DNA of 64,000 nucleotides, from contig NC_043006.1 of assembly GCF_006345805.1 (NCBI RefSeq), positions 11,966,001 to 12,030,000 of the forward strand, in the 5' to 3' direction. This document shows, one piece after another, positions 52,757 through 64,000 of the stretch. Position 1 is the stretch's first letter. Every line of letters starts with the position of its first letter. The notes below the pieces were generated by a model. That model made no database searches. It was given only the letters and a program-made list of their open reading frames with translations, and was not told where the DNA came from. This stretch comes from Octopus sinensis (lineage: Eukaryota). Made by a program: the position numbers and the translations under genes.

Positions 52757-52973
52757 TGTCTCGTGTTGTGGAAATGGACCACTTAGAGAAACAGGCATTT
52801 AATGGTTTATTCCACCGCTGCACAACAGTAAAAACTGGGAAGAGTCGTAAAATGGCAAAAATATTTTCACGTGAGAGGAATCTATACGATTTGAAATATC
52901 TAAGCATTGTGCGTGCGCGTGTGTCTTTCTCTCCCTACCCCTCTCTCTTTCACTCTATCTATCTATCTATCTA

Positions 52974-53008
<35 letters not shown>

Positions 53009-53068
53009 AGGTCTCTGGCTCTCTTTCTGTCTCTCTCTCTCTCCCTATATATATATATATATATACAC

Positions 53069-53111
<43 letters not shown>

Positions 53112-53164
53112 AAACATATATATACATATATATATATGTATATATATATATGTATATATATGTT

Positions 53165-53223
<59 letters not shown>

Positions 53224-54718
53224 TATATATCTGTAAAAATAATATGTGACATTATTTTTACAGATGAATACCTCTATTTACATAATATTGAGGTCTCTTT
53301 CTTTCTTTTGTTATCTTACCGTTTTTACCAATATATATATATGTATATATATATTATATATATATATATATATAACGAAATGTTATATGCATACACACGC
53401 ACGCACACACATATGTAGGGTGACAGAGGGAGAGAGAAGAAGGAGAGACAAAGCGACAGAGAGATGGAATGATCAATCTCTACTACTCACTATGTAATTC
53501 TCTACTTTTCTTTGACTATAAGAATATTTTATTTTCATTTAACATCATTTCGCAGTACTCCTGGCGATTTACTTGCTGTCTGTATATATATAGTCTGTCC
53601 TAAGTGTGTATTTAATTTTAAAATAGCAATCATTCTCTTCCCTTTCTTTCACAATGTAACAAAAGCAATATGTCTGAATGGCTGGTGTCTTTACGCAACA
53701 TGTGTAGATGAACGATTTTCCGAAGCAGAACTAATCAAGAAAATCTAAGGGAGTTAAATGTGAGATCAGAAACTGTAATAGTCCAATAACGCAATAAGAT
53801 ACCACGACACGTCCATTTTCTATTTTTATTTATTTTGTTTATTTTATTTATTATTATTTTTTTGTTGTTGTTATTTTTGGACATCTGAAACAATATCCTG
53901 TGAATAAGCCTAATCTGTCTAATATATCGATTTCCAGTAGAACAGTTGAACCTAATCTATTGCAACTTGGATCAAATATCCTGTATATAAGAAACCATTA
54001 GTTGAAAGCTTTCATAGTAAAAGTTCATCTGAGACTGTAAGGCTTTCAACTCAAGGATAATCTTTAAGATATAGGTTGATAAATGCAAAAGAATCCTGTA
54101 TCTACATCTCATTTATTTCTAATGTTTGCTTCCCCGACAACACAGAATTCTGCAATTCAAACAGTAATCACTGGCATTCATTTATGTATTTTTCTCTGCA
54201 GGTTTCATACCACCGGCATTGCTTTTGGTTTACTCTTTAACGTTTACACATAAATAATGGAACACGATGAAGCAAATAAGAGACATTCAGCTGTGCGTCT
54301 GTCTGCCAAATACGCTACTACTTTCTCACTACATCTGAACCACAAACAATCAGCATAGACGACAATACCTGATGTTTTTCTGTCTGTCTGTCTCTGTCTT
54401 TCCTTGCGGTGACAACAGACACGTAATCACACAATAGTTATCAACACCTTACACAAAAAAAAAAATTATGAATTTAAATATTTTGATACAAATTTTATAA
54501 ATAAAGGATATCTGTATAATAATGGAAACTAACTCTGATCTATGTACGAACAATATCCCGCTGTCAACAAACACATCAGGTAAGAATCGCTCTGACATTT
54601 CATAAATACTGAAATATTGTGTTGCATCTTCTCGAAATGACATGATTATATTAGCATTCGAGTTTAGAATTCGTAGTATTCTCAAACTACAAGAGCAATT
54701 GAGCTACGAATAATGCAG

Positions 54719-54719
<1 letters not shown>

Positions 54720-54767
<48 letters not shown>

Positions 54768-54848
54768 CAACAACAACAACAACAACAACAAAACAACAAC
54801 AACAACATAACAGTAATAATAATAATAATAATGATAATAATAATAATG

Positions 54849-54899
<51 letters not shown>

Positions 54900-54925
54900 T
54901 TAATAATAATAATAGTAATAATAGT
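54720..54925. repeat. (AAT)n/(AAC)n microsatellite opening the AAT-rich cluster
   Basis: Further tracts at ~55270-55340, 55894-55968, 58786-58933, 59961-60031, 60310-60463, 60817-60884, 61442-61530. Confidence 0.95.
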
Positions 54926-54929
54926 TCTA

Positions 54930-55261
54930 AGAGCCCCTTCGGTCACGAAACAGACCGTGGGGTTGCAACTAGAAAGTTACCCTCCCAGGCACAAGTCTGG
55001 GCAAGGTTGTTAATGGAAGACCAGCAGTCGCCCATGTATACCGGCCTCCTCTCTCCACGCCACCAGTGTTATCTAAGGGAAAGGCAAAGGGGCCGATACA
55101 GCTTGGCACCTGTGACGTCGCAACTTATTTCTACAGCTGAGTGAACTGGAGCAACGTGAAATAAAGTGTCTCCCTCCTCAAGAATACAACACGCAGCCCG
55201 GTCCGGAATTCGAACTCACGATCGTAAGCTCGACGCTCTAACCACTGAGCCATGCGTCTTC
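54930..55261 (-). mobile_element. SINE head D2 + CORE-like domain + tail 5
   Basis: Homologous to 20444-20761. Confidence 0.9.
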
Positions 55262-55293
55262 ACGATAATAACAACAACAACAACAACAACGAC

Positions 55294-55341
<48 letters not shown>

Positions 55342-55893
55342 CCTGATGCAGTACCAGGCAGTGGCTCACATGGCTTCTGATCTTAACTGATTGGAAGTGT
55401 TATCATGTACATTGTTTTGTCTTGGTATAAAAGATGGGCTACAGCAAATATTCTGCTCAATACCACAGATTTGCTTGTCAGTTGTTTGACCTTAACCAGT
55501 TGAGCATGTCCCTTAGTGGCTGACGATATGTGCATATCTGATCACGAGCAGAAGTAGTGGGGGAGCATCATAGCCATGTGTTGAGAGGGATTCTTTGGGG
55601 TTTGAATAATTCACCTCTGGAAACATGGGTGGTTCTTTCAACATCCTTAAACAACCCTTATTCAGGGACCGTTTGAGCGGGATGGGCTACTCAACCTGAA
55701 GAAAATTCTAACTGGGCCCCACCTGCAAGGTTATGTGCTGTTTATCTTGATATGAGATCACCATGTCGCGCACATATGGTTGTGATGCATGTGCCTGGTG
55801 TACCTTTATCAGACGGGTAGTCATGATGGGTATATTGGGCTTCGTATATGTTACCCCAGTGTCACTTTGATGGCATGAACTGCTCTCTCACTC
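55342..55893. mobile_element. ~555-bp non-coding repeat bounded by (AAT)n, copy 1
   Basis: About 96% identical (hand count ~22 differences) to 60885-61441; no tRNA head, TIR or credible ORF. Confidence 0.85.
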
Positions 55894-55955
<62 letters not shown>

Positions 55956-55968
55956 TAATAATAATAAT

Positions 55969-58785
55969 GACGAAGGCAAATTTTACTTCGTGGACGGACA
56001 AATTATAACAGAAGAAGAATGGGGATTATTAAAACGCTTGAATGAGGCACGGAATATTGAAAGAAAGCGGCTACGGACCCTGATAGGAATCAAAGGAGGA
56101 AAACTAAGTAAAGTAATGAAAATGAAGGACGAGCCATTAACGAAAATCTGTAGTGAAAACATAACAGATCAAAACGACCTTATATACGCCCATATCCCTG
56201 ACACTGTGTAGACTCTAAGGATTAAAAGTAAAGGTAAACAAAATACAGCTTCCCATAGTGGATACGAGGAACTGAACACCGAATTGTGCAGCTCAACAGA
56301 TATCTTTCATGGATAAATGTAGTCACAGACAAGAAGACAGTAAAGGGGAGAGCTGCAAAGTAAATACATTCAACACAAAGGACTGCAGGTAATTAAAGAA
56401 GAGTTGAGGCAAAACAAAAAGTATCAGATAAAAAGAAAACAAACACCAACAAGGAACAAATTTGTAGCAACGGAATAGACTCTATGAGAACGACGAGAGA
56501 AAATTCTATAAAAAACATTCACAATGAAGCGGAATATCAAGGGAGTGATATGCCATATGCAGAAGCATCAAGGAAATTCTGGGCAGAAATCTAGAGCAAA
56601 GAAGTTCAACGTTATATAAAAGCTGAATAGTTACAGGAATCTAAATGGGAAATAAAATATGGAGCGGTAAAGAAAATATAACAATTACGGATAAGAAAGA
56701 GAGTGAGAGATAATCAAGAAAATACCAAGGTGGAAAGCCCCTGTACCAGGTGGTGTTAAGGGATTCTGGCTCAAAAATCTCCTTAATATACAACAAGCTT
56801 TTAGTAACTGCAACATGGATGACAAAGAAAGGGCAGTGATGATACAGTAGGATAAATAAAAGAGAAGGAAAGCCAGTAACATCTATTAGATGTTTGCCAT
56901 TACTCTGGAAGTTTTTGGCTGGCCTCATAGCAGGTGAAATATAATTTTTCAGAAAAGGAATATTTGTTGCCCAGGAAGCAAAATAAGAAAAAAGGATGCA
57001 GAAAGAAGGCAATTGGGACTGCTCGTGTATATAGGTAGTAGGATTGTAAATGAAGTACGATTAAGAAAGATGAATTTAGCTGCTGCTGGCTGGCTAGCTT
57101 GGAATGTTTCAGGGATTTGGTAGTCAATGAAAAGATAAACAGCTTTTTGGAAAAAGAATCGAGAGTGCGGCAAATAGAGCTGACGTGTTCAAACGAATCG
57201 CAACGTAACACCAACATACATAGGGGCATTCTCCAACGTAACTTGCTCTTTTCACTACTCTTCCTCATTGCATTACCCTCTCTGACAAGTTTACTGATAA
57301 AACCCAAGTCTGCATATGAGTTTACCAAAGCCAAGGTGAAAATTAATCACCTGCATTATATGGATAACCTCCATCTATGTACAAAAAATGGGAAAAGCAT
57401 GAATTGATTTATCCGAACATTAAAAAACCATCAGCTAGGATATTGGAATGCAGTTTGGGGTATGTAAATGCACGGTGCTAACATTAAAGAGAAGAAGGAA
57501 GATAAACACTGATGACATAAAATTACTATAAGACATCATCATCATCAGATTGCTGTGGAATAATGAGTGATACAAATACTTAGGGATTCTGCAAGAAGAT
57601 AGGATAATGGAAGCAAAAATAGAAAGGTGTTCGAAACAAAATCAATGGGGACAATATCATTAAAACAATAAATATATATAGGTTATGCCAGTATTAAGAT
57701 TTTCTGCTCACGTATTTAAATGGACAGAGGCTGAGCTACAGAAGTTGGATAGAATTAGAAAGCTGCTTACAATGCACAACGTATACCACCCTAAAAGTAA
57801 TAACGACTGACTTTTCCTACCAATAAAGGAAGGAAGTAGCGAAATACAAAATATGGAAGACACCAGTAATACTGCGATGTTGGAAACATTATGTTGAACG
57901 GAGTGAAGAAAGAATAATATCGGTAACTATAGGCGCCCAAATGTTACTGAAACAGTAGGAGAATTGTAGAGGAGAAGGAAGAACGACAGAGTAAGTAGAT
58001 AAAAAGAAATGGAATACACAGCCAATTTATGCAACTAACTATGGATGTTTGAAGTAAATAAACTTGGCTAGCAGACAAAATTTTGGCTAACAGACAAAAT
58101 CTTGGCAAACAGACAGGCCAACGCGCTACGTATATCTGCCATTAGGGTGAATTTGATAAAGGCGAAGACCGACAAAACTCAGTAAAAGAGAAAATGTAGA
58201 AACTGCAGGTAAGGAGACGAAAGTAGCAATAATTTCTTAACTGAATACAGTAAGGTAGCACAAAAAGAGTATAAGTGCAGGCATGACTGTACAGTAAAAG
58301 AGTGCATTGCGATGTTGGCCGATTCTGTGGTTTGAGAATTAAAAGAAAGTGATATGAACTCAAACCTGAATCTGTAAGAGAATGAAACTTACAGGATCTT
58401 ATGAATTCCTCTTAAAGACTGACCATAACACTGAAGCAACAAAACAAGATATGATCGTGGAACCAAAGAAAAAAAATTGTAAGTTCATCAATTTTGCAAT
58501 TCCGTATGATAGTACAGTGAATATCAAAGAAATTGAGAAAATTGAGATGAAAAGATTATTGAAGACAAGGGTGACAGTTGTCCCAGTGGTAATTATTTCA
58601 GTTGGTACAACATGCAAGCTACTACTTAGGAGGCTGAAGGATATTAGAATTGAATAATATAACCTACTACCATCCTGTATTGTGCAAAAATGCTAAGATA
58701 CTTTAAGATCTGAGAAGAATTGTCGATATCAAACTTCAAGACAACATCCCAACCAACTAAAGCAACATGTAATAGGTTTGATAGT
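55969..58785 (+). mobile_element. R4/Dong-like non-LTR retrotransposon remnant 1 (RT + restriction-like endonuclease), 5'-truncated
   Basis: ITDQNDLIYA pre-RT; RGILQRNLLFSLLFLIAL...KINHLHYMDNLHL (cf. RGIFQGDSLSPLLF...HLLYMDDLKL); C-terminal FAIPYDSTVNIKEIEK...VTVVPVV; (AAT)n upstream, (GAT)n(AAT)n downstream; many stops. Confidence 0.88.
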
Positions 58786-58789
58786 AATA

Positions 58790-58822
<33 letters not shown>

Positions 58823-58933
58823 GTGATGATGATAATGATGATGATGATTATGATGATGATAATGATGATAATGATTATAATAATAATAATAATAATAATA
58901 ATAATTAATAATAATAATTATAATAATAATAAT

Positions 58934-59960
58934 CAACAATGAAAGAAGAAAAATGGCAGAATATTTGGTTAACAGCAAACGTCTACAATATGCTGCTAGT
59001 GCAGAAGGAGTTAACAAAAATGAATTTGAGAGTGCTCATGAATTCCGAAAAAGAACAGCCAGCGAGAGAGAAGAAATCCTACTCCGTATGGAATTACACA
59101 GTCAGTTCCACCGAGAAACTAACTAATTAAAAGACCAGTAAGCACCCTGGAGGTGGCTCAACAAGGGTAACCTAAAAAAGAATACTGAAAACTTAATCAT
59201 CGCGGCCCAGGACCAGGCATTGAATACTAACTCAGGGAAAAAAATATATACCACAAAATATATACCACACAAGAGCATCAGACCTCTGCAGAATGTGTGG
59301 GAAGAGGGTCGAAAGTGTGACTTACATCGTTAGTACTTTTACGCAGAAAGAGTACAAGCATAGACACGACAAAGTAGCCCAAAACTTCCACTGGCTACTA
59401 TGCCGGAAGTACGAATATGAAGTTCAGGGTGCTTGATACCAACACATACCGGAAAAGGTAATGAGCGAAAAGGGGAAGGGAAAAATCCTCTGGAACTTTG
59501 ATTTCTAGACAGACAAGGTGTTAGAGCACCGAAGGTCGGATATAGTAAACTTTAGGAGGGACAAACAAGAGTGCATAATAATCGACGTAGCAGTACCTGG
59601 CAATCAAGACATCATCATGAAAGAAAGAAAAACAGTTGATAAATATGGTGACCTGAGAACTGAGATCGCTAAGATGTGGCTGCTACGAGAGTCGAACATA
59701 AAGGTTATCCATATTGTCATCAGAGCTTTGGGTTCAATACCACCCACTTTCAAAAAAAAAAAAAACATCTGAAAACCTTAGAAATACCCTACACTCTAGA
59801 TGTATTGCAAAAATCGGCATTACTTGGAACTGCACGCATATTACATAAAGTACTGTCTGTCTGAGGTCCTTGTTGTGACTTGACAAACAGTACAAACCAC
59901 CGGTAAAAATAATATCTTAAATCAACAACCTCACGATATTGTATATTATGCTTGTCTACC
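58934..59960 (+). mobile_element. R4/Dong-like remnant 2 (zinc-knuckle region + RLE + 3' end)
   Basis: WRWLNKGNLKKNTENLIIAAQDQAL; CRMCGKRVES; EYKHRHDKVA; HRRSDIV...IIDVAVPG...KYGDL...VIRALG; LQKSALLGTARIL; followed by (AAT)n. Confidence 0.92.
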
Positions 59961-60012
<52 letters not shown>

Positions 60013-60031
60013 TAATAATAATAATAATAAT

Positions 60032-60301
60032 ATACATTTTTTTTTAATGTGGAATCTAAAAACAGAAACAATTCCTATCATAGTAGGTGCATTAGGCATG
60101 ATAAAAAAATATTCAGACAAATACATAACAAAGACACTGGGACTTACAAACACACATAACATACAGAAAATTGCACTACTAGGCACTGCACACATCCTAC
60201 GCAGAGCACTTTCCATACAATAACCATCAGAACATCACAACAGATCACAGCACATACCCAAGGTACACAGAGCTGCGCTCGGTAGTGAAGTGAAAGCACG
60301 C
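60032..60301 (+). mobile_element. R4/Dong-like remnant 3 (extreme 3' end)
   Basis: MWNLKTETIPIIVGALGMIKK...IQKIALLGTAHILRRAL* plus a 3' UTR different from remnants 1 and 2; (AAT)n on both sides. Confidence 0.9.
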
Positions 60302-60307
60302 TTTTTT

Positions 60308-60346
<39 letters not shown>

Positions 60347-60477
60347 TAATAATAATAATAATAATAGTAATAATAATAATAATAATGATGATAATAATGA
60401 TAATGATAATAATATAATAATAATAATAATAATAATAATATAATAATAATAATAATAATAATATTTTCTAACATAGG

Positions 60478-60815
60478 CAAAAAACTTGAAATTTGGTAGG
60501 GGAGTCTATTACATTGACCCCGGTGTTTCACTGGTACTTATTTTATCGACCTGAAAGGCAAAGTCGACTTCCGCGGAATTTGAAATCAGATCGTAAGGAC
60601 GGAAGAAATGTTGCGAAGCATTTTGCCCAGCGTGATAACGATTCTGCAAGCTCGCTGCCTTAACAATAATAATAATTCTGTCTACTACAGGCACAAGGCC
60701 TGAAATTGTGGAAGACGGGGCTAGTCGATTACATCGATCCCATTGTTTCACAAGTACTTAATTTATCGACCCCGAAAGGATGAAATGCTAAGTTGACGAC
60801 GGCGGAATCTTGATT
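60478..60815 (-). mobile_element. two family C (tail C2) SINE copies (60478-60661, 60676-60815)
   Basis: GTCGACTTTGCCTTTCAGGTCGATAAAATAAGTACCAG and TTTCATCCTTTCGGGGTCGATAAATTAAGTAC modules on the minus strand. Confidence 0.8.
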
Positions 60816-60818
60816 ACG

Positions 60819-60867
<49 letters not shown>

Positions 60868-60884
60868 TAATAATAATAATAATA

Positions 60885-61441
60885 AATGCCCTGATGCAGT
60901 ACCAGGCAGTGGCTCTCATGGCTTCTGATCTTAACTGATTGGAAGTGTTATCATGTACATTGTTTTGTCTTGGTATAAAAGATGGGCTACAGCAAATATT
61001 CTGCTCAATACCACAGATTTGCTTGTCAGTTGTTTGACCTTAACCAGTTGAGCATGTCCCTTAGTGGCTGACGATATGTGCATCTCTGATCACGAGCAGA
61101 AGTAGTGGGGGAGCATCATAGCCATGTGTTGAGAGGGATTCTTTGGGGTTTGAATAATTCACCTCTGGAAACATGGGTGTTTCGTTCAACATCTTTAAAC
61201 AACCCTTATTCAGGGACCTTTCGAGTGGGATGGGTTACTCGATCCGAAGAAAATTCTATCTGGGCTCCACCTGCAAGGTCATGTGCTGTTTATCTTGATA
61301 TGAGATCACCATGTCGCGCACATATGGTTGTGATGCATGTGCCTGGTGTACCCTTATCAGACGGGTAGTCATGATGGGTATACTGGGCTTCGTATATTTT
61401 ACCCCAGTGTCACTTCGATGGCATGCTCTGCTCGCTCACTC
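60885..61441. mobile_element. ~555-bp non-coding repeat bounded by (AAT)n, copy 2
   Basis: Same orientation as 55342-55893; starts AAATGCCCTGATGCAGTACC, ends GCTCACTC(AAT)n. Confidence 0.85.
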
Positions 61442-61454
61442 AATAATAATAATA

Positions 61455-61492
<38 letters not shown>

Positions 61493-62315
61493 AATAATAT
61501 TGTTGATGATGATGATGATGATGATGATGATTCACCTTTTGAATGAAATCCATTATCAATTCTAATCTTCACTATGTATGTGTTTAGAACGAATTACTGA
61601 TAACAGATATCGGTATTTCTTTCATGCAAACAACAAACATTATATAAAAGCAATGCACGGAAATAATATTAGCGGAAACTCCTAAAAGGAAACATGCATA
61701 TGTAATGTTAAATGAATATAACGCTAAATGAAGCGTGTAAGAAATTGATTTTATGAACGAAAATATATTAAAAAGAAGTCATAGGGATGGATGATGAAGG
61801 AAATAGTCACGATATTCTTGAGGTCGTAAAAACGTTGCAATATACAGATATTACAAAGGTATTTTTTTAAATATATATATATATATATATAACATAAATT
61901 TATCGGTTATATTATATACCTGAAACTAATATAACAGCGGTGTCATAATACGGGTAGCGCTCACTTGCTTAGAACAAGCGAGAGATTATTGTCAAACGCT
62001 TAAAGTTACAAAACTACATCACTTAAGGATTTTTATTATTCTTTTGGATATATCAGAAAGCTAATTCATATACCCCAGTACCATAAAAACTTTAAAGGAA
62101 AATCGATATAGTGAGAAAAGTTATTCGATTTGTTTAGGGTATAGTCTAACGTCCGTTATATTAGACTGAGAAGCCGTGATTATATTATCATGGAAAGTTA
62201 TTTTGGACCTGTCAAAAAGAGAGGAATATATATTAGTTATGATGTCGTTTTGGATTCATAATAACGAACAAACGAACAAGCTATCTAAAAAATCTTCTAA
62301 TATAGCTTTCTGTTA

Positions 62316-62370
<55 letters not shown>

Positions 62371-62409
62371 ATATCTATCTATCTATCGATCTATCTATCT
62401 ATTTACCCC

Positions 62410-62449
<40 letters not shown>

Positions 62450-62939
62450 ACTATCGGTGTGTGTATGTGTGTGTATAGATATGGGTAGTAAGCATACCTA
62501 CATACACGTATATGTGTATTTGGTATATTTTGTAATTTATATGTAAATTTGACCTGGGACTTACAAAAACCGAATTATTTCTATGTATTTCAACCAAATA
62601 TTCTGCAAATACTAAGTAATGTTTATATCATGTATATATAAGTATATAAACAGTGATCATATGTCGTTGAAAGATTAATACATCAACAGAACGACAAATT
62701 TATACCCGCTGAGGTTGACATCTTTTAATCCATGGGTCCCTATCCACCGGGCCGCATACCTTTTCCGTTTCGTGTAACATTTATACAGGGCCGCAGAGAA
62801 AAATGATTTTAAAAATTTTATCTCTATCTCATTGTACTCACGCTATCTGTAGGATGTTTTTTCAGTATGCATCTCATATACGTATGCATATATGTATATA
62901 TATATACATATATGTATAAAAATTATATATAAAATATAC

Positions 62940-63290
62940 AAAATAGGACAAGGACACAAAAAACACAAAGAGACGACACAAAGAACGGACGGGTCATTCG
63001 AAGCCTCTAATCTTCAGTCAGGAACCGGATCGTCCTAGCAAATTTCGGTTGATTAATCCTGATATCGATCAGATCCGGCTAGCCCCAAGGAAAAACTAAG
63101 CTGCGAGCATTAGATTTCTTGGAAAGAGGATCGAATGTATACGAAAGAAGGACAGAAAACGGACGATGCCACACGAATATAAATACAAAACACAAAAATA
63201 AAATTAAAAACAAGAATGGTAATAACGGGACAAAAACAGCGTGTGTCTTACGACTTTTGACAATTGAACTTATCCTAGCGGGCGTATTTT
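62940..63290 (-). repeat. unclassified repeat-like segment, T-rich on the minus strand
   Basis: Composition and layout resemble family E/pLTR-type repeats, but there is only one copy in the window. Confidence 0.3.
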
Positions 63291-64000
63291 GAAATAATTG
63301 CCTTTTCGGCAGACGAAGAGAGAACATACATACACACACACACTCATACACACACATATATACATATATATACATATATAAATCATATGCGTTTTAGATA
63401 CCTAATATATATATCAATTATATATGTAATTATTAAATTACATATTATTCACTTTATTGTGTTCTGTTATGAGCGTGGTGCCCCGGTCAGAGGGCAAGTT
63501 TCCCTGTCTGAAATCAGTCCATGTTGCAAAAAAAGTTTGGGGACCGCTGCTTTGATCCTTCTGGAAGTTGATTAAATATGCATAACATGAATACTGGATA
63601 GTTTCAATCGACAAAATTGTAGTAAATGTGCTGATGTAAAAATCAATATTTTTCTGGGCTTTTATCTTTATCGTATTTCACGGACGTGATGCCTATGATA
63701 GGCTTCTAAAAGAAGTATATTACATTGGTTATGTTCTAAAAGTGATAATAAATGTACCTATAATTCAATAACGAATTAATCTTAGTCACAATGAATCTAT
63801 TAATCACAATATTAATACAGCAGAAATTAAGTAGTGTACAATTAACAGTTTTCTAATAACCTAAATCAAGTTTTGAAAGCGCGATTCGTCACTTAATTAT
63901 TTTCTAAATATGAAACCATTATACACAGATTGATATCGTAATCAGGTTAATTTCATCGTTTTCGCATTACTGACGTGACCATTATTTACCTACACATATG

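Noticed and set aside
55342-55893. U2 snRNA-like (TGCAGTACC...AGG) or HDV-ribozyme-like start of the 555-bp element
   Set aside because: Similarity to U2 is only ~10 nt; attempts to build the HDV nested pseudoknot on either strand failed.
62990-63075. CTGAAGA and CCGAAA motifs on the minus strand
   Set aside because: Cores are in the wrong order or incomplete (GAAT instead of GAAA); no hammerhead fold.

Overview
AT-rich, microsatellite-dense animal genomic DNA, most likely Octopus (inferred from repeat content, not from a database match), with one 100-N scaffold gap at 30644-30743. I find no intact protein-coding gene. The best host-gene candidate is one possible terminal exon at 119-259, and most listed ORFs are translations of simple repeats or SINEs. 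The window is a transposon landscape containing: (1) tRNA-derived SINE lineages, two of which visibly share and swap 3' tails; (2) Penelope-like element (PLE) coding remnants, plus two unrelated short repeat families that each carry a minimal type I hammerhead-ribozyme fold; (3) a ~7 kb (AAT)n-rich nest with three different R4/Dong-like LINE remnants and two ~96% identical copies of a ~555-bp non-coding element, each bounded by (AAT)n; (4) Helitron-type non-autonomous elements, Tc1/mariner remnants, a MITE with an 8-bp TSD, and RTE/CR1-like fragments; (5) four long inverted repeats, each at a mobile-element end or (TA)n tract. Alignments, identities and folds were worked out by hand and need computational confirmation.
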